From Malacoraja senta (taxonomy: Eukaryota): a stretch of 64,000 nucleotides of DNA. A program made the translations under genes and the position numbers. The stretch lies in contig CM075988.1 of NCBI GenBank assembly GCA_038087875.1, forward strand, positions 26,228,001 to 26,292,000. The letters run 5' to 3'. Below, piece after piece: positions 47,464 to 58,596 of this stretch; the stretch's first letter is position 1, and each line of letters starts with the position of its first letter. The notes below the pieces were generated by a model. It was not told where the DNA came from. It saw only the letters and a program-made list of their open reading frames with translations, and did no database searches.

Positions 47464-50400
47464 CTGTAAAAATAACCCAGCAGTTAGTACATTGCCACTT
47501 CCACAAGTCAAGGTGAGGGAGGAAATATTTAATAGGAACCCAAGGGGCAACTTGTTTTACACAAAGGCTGGTGGGTGTATTCTGGAGGCACCCATGTGTG
47601 TTACAATGGGTTAATGAAAAGAGCCGCGTTTAGTGCAAGATTCTTCAGACCTGCAATGTGAAGCGGAACTGCAATGCAACTGGCATGCAGCACATTCACT
47701 CTGCTCAGATATGAGCACAGGTTTACTGAACAACAATTAAACATTGTGGTTTTACATGGAACAGCACGTGTTGCCCTCCATAGAACGGCCAGTCTTTGAC
47801 TTCATTCTGTTTTATGTCCACGCCCACACTGATGGTGAACTATCCACAAATACACCAATAGTGAACTATCCACATCTACACCAATAGTGAACTGTCCATG
47901 CCCACACTGATAGTGAACTATCCACAAATACACCAATAGTGAACTGTCCACATCTACACCAATAGTGAACTATCCACATCTACACCAATAGTGAACTGTC
48001 CACGCGCACACCAATAGTGAACTATCCACAAATACACCAATAGTGAACTATACACGCCCACACTGATAGTGAACTATCCACATCTACACCAATAGTGAAC
48101 TGTCCACGCCCACACCAATAGTGAACTATCCACATCTACACCAATAGTGAACTGTCCATGCCCACACCAATAGTGAACTGTCCACGCCCACACCAATAGT
48201 GAACTGTCCACGCCCACACCAATAGTGAACTGTCCACGCCCACACTGATAGTGAACTATCCACAAATACACCAATAGTGAACTGTACCTCAGAATATTCC
48301 GACGGAAGTTCATCTTGGGTCCTGTGGACGTACAGAAGGAGGAACAAAGATTACAACGGGCTTTGCATTGAAGCAACAAGCTGGTCTCATATTAGACACA
48401 CCCACAGACACATCCACACAGACACCCATACACACATGCACACACACACGCAGCACAGTATCCCACAGAAACATAAGCCTATTTCCTTCGCTCCATAGAT
48501 GCTGCTGCTGCACCCGCTGAGTTTCTCCAGCATTTTCGTGTACCTTCGATTTTTCAGCATCTGCAGTTCCTTCTTTAACACAACATAATCCCCTTCACAG
48601 AAGAGATTTCTGACTGTATTTTTCACTTCCCATTCTCTATCCTAAACCTACTCATTCATATCTAGGCTATACTGTTTAATGACCCAAGTGTAGGGTCCCA
48701 GCGCCAGGTCCTGCTTCACCCCATGCCTGTTCCCCAGGAGGTCCTACACCAAGAGTGACCACCGCCGCGTGTGACCCCTCCCACGGGGGTCAGTGGGGGG
48801 GTCAGTGGGGCAGTGGGGGGTCAGTGGGGCAGAGGGGGGTCGGGCGGGTCAGTGGTTACAGAAACATTGGTGGTCTACGTTTAAAGGAGTGTCCACGTCA
48901 GTGGTAGAGGATGAAGAGGGCAGCCAGGGAAACAATGGTGAGCAGCAGCAGGCAGATGGCAATGATGATCCCTCGCGTATTCACACCGCCATCTGAAACA
49001 AGAGAGAGGAACATCATCAGAATGAGCACATCTCAGCACTCTGCCTTTTCATTAACTATTGGTTTTGTTTGATGTTTCTGATTGGACCTCTTAAATGACA
49101 ACAAAGACACAAGGAACAGTCCCTGCCTCATGTGCACGCATCTACCTCATCTCAGCCCATCAACCTAGCTTTCCCTTACTGTCTCCCTCACATATTTATC
49201 ATTCTCTCTCTTAAATGAATATAATCCACTTTACAGCAAGTCCCATATTCTACTGAACTAGGAAGACAATTCTCCAGACATGTTAGTGTGGGGCTGGTTC
49301 AGGATACCTCCACTACATTCACAGCTAGCATTCACCACAGTAACGATTTAAATGAGAATGGAACTGGTATAATTAGCAAGTGAGCAGAAGTCACCACAAT
49401 TGGTGCATGGTGGACAGTGAAGAAGGTTGTCTAAGATGACCTCATGATATAGATTACCCGTGAAATTGGTCAGGAAATGGATGAAATTTAACTTGGACAA
49501 ATGCAAAGTGATGCATTTTGGAAAATTAAACTACGAGAGGATGTGCAGAGGGAACGAGGGACTGTTGTTGATCAGAAAGACCTTGAGGTACAAGTATAGA
49601 GTTCCCTGATAATGGAACAGGGGGTGAGGATGGCCGAATAAGGTGCTGGTTTACAATTGACATGCTTGCCGTCATTGGTCAAGGCACTGACTATATGAGT
49701 TGGGTGGTCATGTTACTGTTGTAGGAAGGGTTAGTTAGGTTGCATTTGGAGTATTTTATGCAGTTCTGGTCACTCGCCATACAGTTAGATGGATCTGATT
49801 AAAGCAGAGGAAGGGTTTCGGGCCGAAACGTTGCCTATTTCCTTCGCTCCATAGATGCTGCTGCACCCGCTGAGTTTCTCCAGCACTTTTGTCTACCTGC
49901 AGGAGAGATTTGCAGGTATGTTGCATGGACTGGAGGGCTTGAGTTGTGAGGAGAGATTGGAGACACTAGATTTATTTTCCCTAGAGTGATCGAGGCTGAG
50001 AGGTGACATGAAAAATACAAATAGTTCTTCTATTAATATCTTCCATGTTACTAATATTTAGTAATAAAATCGTGCCTTTTGCTAGGTTCACTGGTTTTTT
50101 TCTCCCATTATTTCTTAAGTAGAGACTGACTCTAATCTGCAGGAACCATTCTAGGATGTCTGGAGCTTTGGAAGATTTCAACGTGCATCCATTATCCCCA
50201 TGGACGCCTCGTTCAAAGCCTTGAGATAAAGTTCATCAGGTCCTTGAAAGTCAATATTTTGTCATTTCCATTAATTTTACCAATGCCTCATTTTTACTTA
50301 CTTTACATAATATATACATTACATGTACACCCCCCCCCCCCCACCTCTACCCCCTCCCCAATCTTTGCACATACTCAATCCTTTCCACTAGTCACTTTAA

Positions 50401-53400
50401 TTTCATGTTTCATGTACCTTGTGTTTTATGACTGTCGGCAGATCAATTTCCCTCCTGCGATAAATAAAGTTATTTCGTATCATATCATATTGTATAGTGA
50501 TGTCACATCACACATTATTTTCTTTCAGCTCCTTATTCACTAGATCTGCATCCACCCATCATTCCCCAAGGCTCTCTGTATCACCTCCTAATTTTCGCTG
50601 AAATTCTCTGTCATTTCCTTATTTCCCAATATAATTTCTCCTCTCTCCGTCATTATAGGCTCCCCATTATAATGTACTAATCCTTTCCTTTATGCAAATT
50701 TACAGCATCATTTAAAATCTGCCTTTGTTTCTGACAATTACATTTACCCTTTATTTTTACAAGTCATCAATTTTTTAATTGCCCTTTGTTGAATTCTGAA
50801 AATGCCCCCCCAGTCAGGCTTATTGCTCATTTGGTAATATTATAAAACATATTCATTCATCTTATGCCAGCTTTAACTTCCCTTGTTAGCCATTCCTGAG
50901 CAATTTTTCACTTTCAAATTTTTGCGCCTTAAAATAAATGTATCCCTTTAAAATGTGCACTAATGGCTTCAAGTTTAGTCTGTCCTTGTTTCCTGTCACA
51001 TCGTTCAATATAGTTTCCTGAGACACCAGAGGACATTCATGAGGTAGATTCAAGACCTTGCTTAACATTTTAAAGTTACGTTACAACTTTATATAAATTC
51101 TAATATATTGCGATCTCTCTTCCCGGAACTATTAGAGTTTGTCTACACTAAATATTTACCGTCCAATCCACGCTATTAGAAATGTAGAATATCTGGTCAC
51201 GTTAGGGTTTCTGGAAGAATGTTTTGTACTGATTAGTTAGTGTGGGCGGCACGGTGGCGCGCAACAGAAGAGCTGCTGCCTTAAAGGCCTGTCCCACTTG
51301 GGCGTCATTTGCACGTCATTTACGCGACAGGCCGGTAGTGACTGACGTGCGACAGTTGCGCGAAAATCGTCTAGCAGTACGACAGTCGCGCACCAAGTGC
51401 TCTTGAGGGCCCTGCTTCTTTTGGGAGCCATTTACGATGTGGTTCGTACTTAGTCCGATCTCCGTGGCAAGGATTTTCCCAATGAAAATTTTTCAAAACT
51501 ACGCACGCTTTATACCCGGGTGGTCATGTGGTGCGGCGCTCAAATCACGCGCAATGGCGCGCCGACGGCGTACGGGCGGGGCATAGTTACGGACGTTGAC
51601 GTACGGTGACACATAATAAATTAGCATAGGCAATGTTCGTGCGTAACCATGCATCACCACGCGCTACACGTACGCCGTCAGTAGGTCAGCGTGCGCAAGG
51701 GATACGTCACGCAGGTGGCGCGCGAGGATTTTGAGCATTCCAAAATCCTGGGGTGCCGCATCTTGGGAGATGGCGGTGGCGCGGGCACAGACTGTTTACC
51801 CTCCTCCCATCTGGGAGGCGCTACAGGTCTCTCCGTTGCCGGACCAGCAGGTTCAGGAACAGCTTCTTCCCGGCGGCTGTTACCCTACTTAACTCAGCAC
51901 CTTGGTGATTGCCAGTCATCCCCCCCCCCCACCCCGACACTCCTTCCCCCAGTGACTGATCTCCCCCCCCCCCCCCCGAAAATTACACTACTACTACTGT
52001 ATATACATAAATATATTTGACTGTTCCATTATTCTGTATTGGCACTTCTGGGTGAGATGCTAACTGCATTTCCTTGTACACTGCACAATGACAATAAAGT
52101 TTGAATCTGAATCTGTCACGACACGCCAACCAATTTTTAGGATGTCGCGTAAATGAGGCACAAATGACGCCCAAGTGGGACAGACCCTTTACAGCGCCAG
52201 AGACCCAGGTTTGATCCTGATCAGGGGTGCTGTCTGTACAGAGTTTGTACATCCTCACTGTGACCGCGTGGGTTTTTCTCCAGGTGCTCCAGTTTGCTCC
52301 CACACTCCAAAGACATGCAGGCTTGTCGGTTAATTGGCTTCATAAGTTGTACAATTGGCCCTAGTGTGTGTAGGTTAGTGTACAGGGTGATGGCTGGCCA
52401 GCACGGTCTCGGTGGACAGAAGGGCCTGTTTCTGTGCTGTATCTCTAAAGTCTAAAGTTACAAGTTCTGTAAAGGTACTGTACAACTCTAAAGCATCTGA
52501 GATCATTAGGAACACGCTAAGATTGCACAAGGTAGCATATAAATGGCATTTCTGCTTTCTTTAAGTTTCAGGTATTGGTTAGATATTTAAGACTTGGTTT
52601 ATTTGGCAATGAATGGAATGTCGGCACATTTCTCCTTACTATTTCCCGTCTCTGTGTGGTTCGTGGGAGTAAGCAGCCTTTCGATAAGTCGGAGGACGTC
52701 ACCTGAAGGAACAACCGTTGTGAGTTTGCTGTACGGATGATCTACAGACAAGAAGAGATACACATTACCGTAGGTTTGGTGGCAGCCGGGCTCTGGTCAA
52801 CGCTGAGGTGTGGTCACCCTATACTTCTGATAAGGTTCAGGTCTCGATCCACTGGGGCTAGCCATGCTCGCATGGATAGTGGTCATGCCTTTGAACTAAA
52901 AGCTTGAGAGTCTGAGTCATCATAAGAAACTTGAGCACAAATCTAGTGTGCTTGTTGCCAGAACCGTCATCATTCTGATCAGAATTTAAAGCTGGATCCT
53001 ATCTGTCATTGACACGGACGGCTGTGGAGACCAAGTCAATGGATATTTCTAAAACAGATTGACAGATTCTTGATTAGTACGGGTGTCAGAGGTTATGGGG
53101 CAAAGGCACGAGAATGGGGCTGAGAGGGAAAGATAGATCAGCCATTATTGAATTGCGGAGTAGACTTAATGGGCCGAATGGCCTAATTCTGCTCCTATCA
53201 CCATATGTTCTCACAGATGGTGATTAACAAGCTGGCGGAACCATTAACGAGGAGCTCGACTCAGATCTGTGGCCACGTTTAGAACCAGGAAGAGCAGTGA
53301 AATATTGGTAACTGATGTTGCACTCAGTTGTATTGGCTAGCAAACTTTGCACTCTGTGAATCTGCCATCTACAAAATACCCACTGTGCTTCCTGCAATTC

Positions 53401-54138
53401 AACATCAGCTGCTGTGCTCTAAGATTCCTTAGAAGATAAACCATCAGCACCCTCTATGAAGAGAGATTGTGTTCAGGGTGGGCCCAGCAAATCCACTTTG
53501 CACACACAAAAGCTGCCAGCTAGACATGGCCCAGATACATGGATGGCCCCCCTCCATGTCTATAGCATTGGAGATGCGGTGTGATTTACCACACAGGGCC
53601 GCGTGCACACAGCTCTGGAATTAGTCTCAGGGAGACTTTCAGCCTCTTGGGTAATTGCTCACCTGTCCAATAGTAATAATTGCAGAAACATTGGCACCAA
53701 GTTAAAAAAAGTTCCTGTCCTTTTAATCGGAACAAAGGATAGAGATTGGAGAAACTCAGCGGGTGAGGCAGCATCTATGGGTCTGAAGAAGGGTCTCGAC
53801 CCGAAACGTCACCTATTCCTTCGCTCCATAGATGCTGCCTCACCCGCTGAGTTACTCCAGCATTTTTGTCTACCTTCGATTTTTTCCAGCATCTGCAGTT
53901 CTTTCTTAAACAAAGGATAGAGGTTGTTAAGTAATAAATATATTCAGAGGCAGAGAGCATCTCATGTTACAAGCGTACACAATCCCCACATTGTTTACAG
54001 TCCCATTACCCTCCAATGCTACGGAGATGGGGGTGAGGGGGGGGGGGGGGGGAGGGCAACAGGAATAAAACCGGTTTAAACATTGAAGCCACAAACCAGA
54101 GCTGTACGCAGGGTCCTCGGACCTTAATGCTTACCCAT
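47307..54138 (-). CDS. SMIM35: Small integral membrane protein 35 (SMIM35)-like; complement join(54138-54135,52741-52703,48992-48879,48321-48288,47463-47307), 115 codons with in-frame TGA at codon 46
   Basis: MDHPYSKLTTVVPSDGGVNTRGIIIAICLLLLTIVSLAALFILYH*RGHSFKRPKMNFRRNILRELNAIQLEFHPPFTVSGMMNS... is collinear with human SMIM35 as recalled (STLGLILGVGLLLL...YQRGY...GPNFVF...LEMGPPFTISG). It lies tail-to-tail with IL10RA as in human. The two 5' exons rest only on splice signals, phase and Kozak context. Confidence 0.75.
47815..48287. repeat. 26-bp minisatellite (CCACGCCCACACCAATAGTGAACTGT)n, about 18 units
   Basis: Directly visible tandem array with variant units. Confidence 0.95.
48288..48321 (-). 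CDS. SMIM35: SMIM35-like 34-nt exon
   Basis: Strong polypyrimidine tract and ccacag|GACCCAAG...CTGAG|gtacag; (R)PKMNFRRNIL(R); phases 1/2 fit both neighbours. Confidence 0.7.
48879..48992 (-). CDS. SMIM35: SMIM35-like TM exon (contains in-frame TGA at 48900-48898)
   Basis: tctcttgtttcag|ATGGCGG; DGGVNTRGIIIAICLLLLTIVSLAALFILYH*RGHSFK; weak donor gtagac. Confidence 0.75.
49340..50010 (+). mobile_element. Old CR1 RT/C-terminal fragment with a Penelope-type insert (about 49810-49898)
   Basis: MKFNLDKCKVMHFG and RLHLEY..QFWS remnants. Confidence 0.7.
51243..52460 (+). mobile_element. HE1-type V-SINE split by a DNA transposon
   Basis: Head gggcggcacggtggcgc...gctgcc (51244-51280) resumes as acagcgccagagacccagg at 52191; V domain; tail tgtatctctaaagtctaaag. 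Confidence 0.85.
51284..52188. mobile_element. Non-autonomous PIF/Harbinger-like DNA transposon (MITE) containing a Rex1/Babar 3' end (about 51785-52114)
   Basis: About 46-bp imperfect TIRs (AAGGCCTGTCCCACTTGGGCGTCATTTG... / ...CAAATGACGCCCAAGTGGGACAGACCCT); TTA duplicated at 51281-51283 and 52189-52191; no transposase ORF. Confidence 0.8.
52703..52741 (-). CDS. SMIM35: SMIM35-like candidate 39-nt exon
   Basis: tctcttcttgtctgtag|ATCATCC...TCAG|gtgacg; (D)HPYSKLTTVVPS; phase 1-1. Confidence 0.55.
53745..53908 (+). mobile_element. Penelope-type short element with 5' inverted arm and the best-preserved hammerhead-like core (53779-53814)
   Basis: 14-bp direct repeat AACAAAGGATAGAG (53731-53744, 53909-53922); GGGT-CTGAAGA-A-GGGTCTCGACCC-GAAA-CGTC-ACCT. 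Confidence 0.75.
54135..54138 (-). CDS. SMIM35: SMIM35-like candidate start exon (ATG G)
   Basis: ataATGG|gtaagc: good Kozak context, strong donor, phase 1. Confidence 0.5.
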
Positions 54139-55573
54139 TATTCCCCCTGAGAGACTGCAGCCAGTGCAGCATTTGCTGTCGAGATTGAGAGCTCCCAGCA
54201 AACTCGGCTATGATTGAAACTGGTTTGTCCTGATTCCTGACAAGTCAAGCACAGTGGTGCTCAAAATAAACTGGACCATCAGCTGAGTTAAGGCAAACAT
54301 CATAACTTCACCAATATCACCCTACCCCTATTTCATTCTCCACACCACACCTCACTTGTCCTAACGTCTCTGTTGCCCTTCCTCTCCAGTTACTCTTCCC
54401 TTCTCTCTACATCTCCTCCCCCTCCCCCTCCCCCACGCATTCTCCTTCTTTATCATTTCTCTCCACTCTCCTTCCCCCACCTCCCCTCTCCGCCTCATCC
54501 TCCATGAGCAAGCGCAGTGTGTGTGTGTGGGAAACCATACCATTCTGGTCTTCAGACACCTGGTGTAGCAGCAGTGGGCTGGTCAAGGGGTTGCGTTGTT
54601 ACATTGTTCCTGGGCCTTGCTACTGTGACCATTCATAGATCTAGGCACTGGGCCATCAGGGAAGCATCAGATTACTGCTGGACCTCCACAGTTTATGCAT
54701 GTCATCCTGGACAGAGTCAGCAAAATACTCGAGCCCTTCTGTGATCTATGGTCACTGCATCCTCAATGCTAAAGTTCACCCTCTAGTTTGCATCTTCCAC
54801 ATGCTGCGAGTGAAATGAAATTCTATTTTTAATTTGTTAAATGGGAACCAGAGGGGACTGCTCTAAACAAATTAAAAATATAGATATAGAGTAACGCAAC
54901 TTAAACATTGGAATACACTTGCTGAAAATGTAGCTGAATAAATCAGTGGGATCTTTGTTGCCAGAGTATCTCCCAGAGATTGGTTCAGGCAGGTGTTACG
55001 GCTCTGGGGGATTGAAGCAGGAGAGGATTTGTGCGTCTCGTTGGTTGTAACCAGCCTCTTGCCGCACCTTTGTTTGAGGTTATGATCTTTGCCTGTTCTT
55101 TTCCTCAGATGAGCAGTCAGCGCGGACAAGAATCGCGAGTGTTCACCTGTCGTATGAACCAGACGTTCTTGCTGTTGCAGCGTTACAGGTGCACTGGAAG
55201 CAACGGTAAATTCCACTGTTGTCCAACTTGTGGAGAATATATGTTTTGTACAATCTGTTCATCTGACACCGTTTCTAATCTCTGGCCTTTGTTTACACCA
55301 TCTGCCCATCAACCCCCCCCCCCTCCACATATTACCCACCATGCTCTGTTGTGCCTCTTTCCTCTCCGAGCTTTCCCTTTCCCCCCCCCGACCTCCTACA
55401 AACAGTCTGAAGAATATCCCAACCCAAACATCACCTATCCATGTTCCCGCGAGATACTGCCTGACCTGCTGAGTTACTCCAGCACTTTGTTTCCTTGTTC
55501 GTAAACCAAGCATCTGCAGATCTTTATGTCTACACAGGCAAGCACCAACCCAGTCTCCATATAACGTTCCCAA

Positions 55574-55917
55574 GGAGGAAAAATGTTCCCAATGTTGGGA
55601 GAGTCCAGAACCAGGGGCCACATTCTTAGAATAAAGGGGAGGCCATTTAAGACTGAGGTGAGAAAAAACGTTTTCACCCAGAGAGTTGTGAATTTGTGGA
55701 ATTCCCTGCCACAGAGGGCAGTGGAGGCCAAATCACTGGATGGATTTAAGAGAGAGTTAGATAGAGCTCGAGGGGCTAGTGGAGTCAAGGGATATGGGGA
55801 GAAGGCAGGCACGGGTTATTGATTGGGGACGATCAGCCATGATCACAATGAATGGCAGTGCTGGCTCGAAGGGCTGAATGGCCTCTTTCCTGCACCTATT
55901 TTCTATGTTTCTATGTA
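55574..55917 (+). mobile_element. CR1 LINE 3' end
   Basis: ORF 55583-55822 MFPMLGESRTRGH...GYGEKAGTGY*; (TTTCTATG) tail. Confidence 0.9.
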
Positions 55918-57889
55918 ATCCACCGGCAGATCAACGAGCCAAGCGCCTCCAGCAGCCAAGCTTGAATAAGACACGATCGACCAGCTAACCAGCTGCCTTC
56001 ACCATTCACATGCTGAGTAATGGGTTCCCAACACAGGCACTCAGTTCACATCTCCACCACAAGGAGGGATCCCCAGGTACACAAAGGAAGCATTAAGGAT
56101 TCTCTCAAAGACTCTTTAAGAAGATTAAAATGTCCCCACTGCCTGTATTGTCTTTCTGCTGACTGGTTAGCACGCAACAAAAAGCTTTTCACTGTACCTC
56201 GGTACACATGACAATAAACTGAACTGATGATGGGAACCCTCCCCCCCCCCCCCCCCCCCACACCCACTCCCCCAGAGAAGGTGCATCCAGTTAGCGAGTG
56301 AGAACCTCTCTGATGACCACGCATGGAGGTCCAGTGCAAATGACCATTCCCCAGCAATCCCCACACTGACCATATCAACCACAACACAGCTGCAGGAGAA
56401 GCAACCCTTGGCCACTGGGGACTCTGAGAAGGAACTTGGGTTTTCCCCAGGTCCTTCCAAAGACGTGTGGTTCAGTGGGTGAACTGGAGACTGTAAATTC
56501 CCCTGGCCTGTGGATGTGGTGTGGATCCAGGGGCCGTTGATGGGAATGTGGGAAGAACAGGTTTCAGGGAATATGGTGGTGGTGACTTTCTGTGAGTGGG
56601 ATAGACCTCATGGGCTGAAATCAACTGATTCTATGCGTGAATATGGGAAAGATGTGTAGCAGGCAGTAGATGAAAGTGTTGAGCAGTCCCTGTTGATGTG
56701 GGCTGTGGGGGTTTGCAGACCAACAGTGGCATTCGCTGAGGAATCTTCGGGCATGTAGGGCTAAGAGAGGTCCGGTTGGTTGAGACATGGTATGGACAGA
56801 GAATGCCTGAGCTGACCCAGGCCTGGAGTGATGGAGGAGCAGACACCATGTGTAGGAAGGAACTGCAGATGCTGGCTTACACCGAAGATAGACACAAAGT
56901 GCTGGAGTAACTCAGCGGGACAGGCGGCATCTCTGGAGAGAAGGAGTGGGTGATTTTTTCGGGTGGAGACCCAGTTTGACTCACCCAATGTGAGGTCCGT
57001 CCCTTGAGTGGTACTGAGCGTCCGAGAGAGGAGCAGTGAGGGAGGAGAGGAGAGAGTGCTGGCCTTGGCTCAACCCACAATCACAATGAGTTTAGTTCAG
57101 TGTAGCTTCGTGTCACCTGCACCAAGGTGCGGGGAAATGCATGTTTGTTGCCTGCTATCCGGTCACTAGAAAAACGATATACCATTACAATCAAGCCATC
57201 CACAGTGTACTGATACAGGACAAAGGGAATAACTTTTAGTGCCAGTAAAATCTGCTTAAAGATATCCGAAGGTCTCAACTCAGTTCCTCCCACATCCTTG
57301 GACATTGGATTCTCCGGCCCCCCTCGCTACCATCCACAGCCCCTGGCTGAATCCCATTCATACCCCCCCCTCCCCTGCCCCTCCACCACCACCCAGCCCC
57401 AACTTCCTGCCCCCATTCACTCCACGCCCTCTCCTGGGGTCGACATGGTAGGATGGACAATGCCTGGTGATCTCACTGATGGTGACAGGAGACGAGATAG
57501 GCAACGTTTAAAGGAGATGTGCGGGCAGTATTTATGTCACTGGCGCAGTGAGAGAAGTGAACAGTAGATGGAGCTGCTGGCATCTTCCACACTCTTGGTC
57601 AATTAGTAGGTAGCTGGCAGACAAGGTGGAGGTTCCATCACACAAGTAACCGGGAACAGTGGGCGTAGCTCGTTGTCTCTTCAATCCAGCCGGCCATTCA
57701 ACAGGATACCCACGTACCTCTCCATGCCGGTTCCCCTTAGCCCTCAACTCCCTGCTCTTGCATATAAATGGTCTCCACATACAATATTCCTAATCAGCTG
57801 GCTTCCACAACTCTCTGGGGCATAGAAGTTGCACGTGATTATTCTAGAGTATTCAACTCCTATTGGAGTATTCAACCCCTTACCCTGAA

Positions 57890-58180
57890 ACTTTAGAGAT
57901 ACAGCATGGAAACAGGCGCTGCAGTCCGCACCAACCAGAGATCCCCGCACACTAACACTCTGCTAAACATGAGGGGCTCTTCACAATTTTACAGAAGCCA
58001 ATTAACCCAAAAACCTGTACGTCTTTGGAATGTGGGAGGAAACCGGAGCTCCCAGAGAAAACCCACGCGGCCACAGGGAGAACGTGAAACTCCGTACAGA
58101 CAGATCCTGTAGTCAGGATCACGCCTGGGTCTCTGGCGCTGTAAAGTATCAACTCTACCGCTGCGCCACTGTGTTGCCCC
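57890..58180 (-). mobile_element. HE1-type V-SINE
   Basis: Reverse-strand head, V domain and tail. Confidence 0.8.
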
Positions 58181-58309
58181 CTATAGTCCCCTCATTCGTG
58201 ATTCTCCGACTAATGAGCAAGGGTGTGACAGAACCACACGACAAAAAAATACAGGTTAAAGTCGATAGAAAATGTACACAGACAAACAAAGGAGAGAGAC
58301 ATAAAGAGA

Positions 58310-58596
58310 GGGGCAGAGGCACAGAGATAGGGGCAGAGAGAGGGGCAGTGAGAGGGACAGAGAGAGGGGCAGAGAGAGGGGCAGTGAGAGGGACAGAGCG
58401 AGGGGCAGAGAGAGGGGCAGTGAGAGGGACAGAGAGAGGGGCAGAGAGAGGGGCAGTGAGAGGGACAGAGAGAGGGACAGAGAGAGGGGCAGAGAGAGGG
58501 ACAGAGAGAGGGGCAGAGAGAGGGGCAGTGAGAGGGACAGAGAGAGGGGCAGAGAGAGGGGCAGTGAGAGGGACAGAGCGAGGGGCAGAGAGAGGG
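58310..58596. repeat. Purine-rich 12-bp-based minisatellite (GAGAGAGGGGCA / GTGAGAGGGACA)
   Basis: Directly visible; it produces the low-complexity ORFs at 58030-58740. Confidence 0.95.

Noticed and set aside
52769..52880. Extra minus-strand exon ending CCTACG|gtaatg
   Set aside because: It would leave a 27-nt intron before the 39-nt exon, too short, and has no good acceptor.
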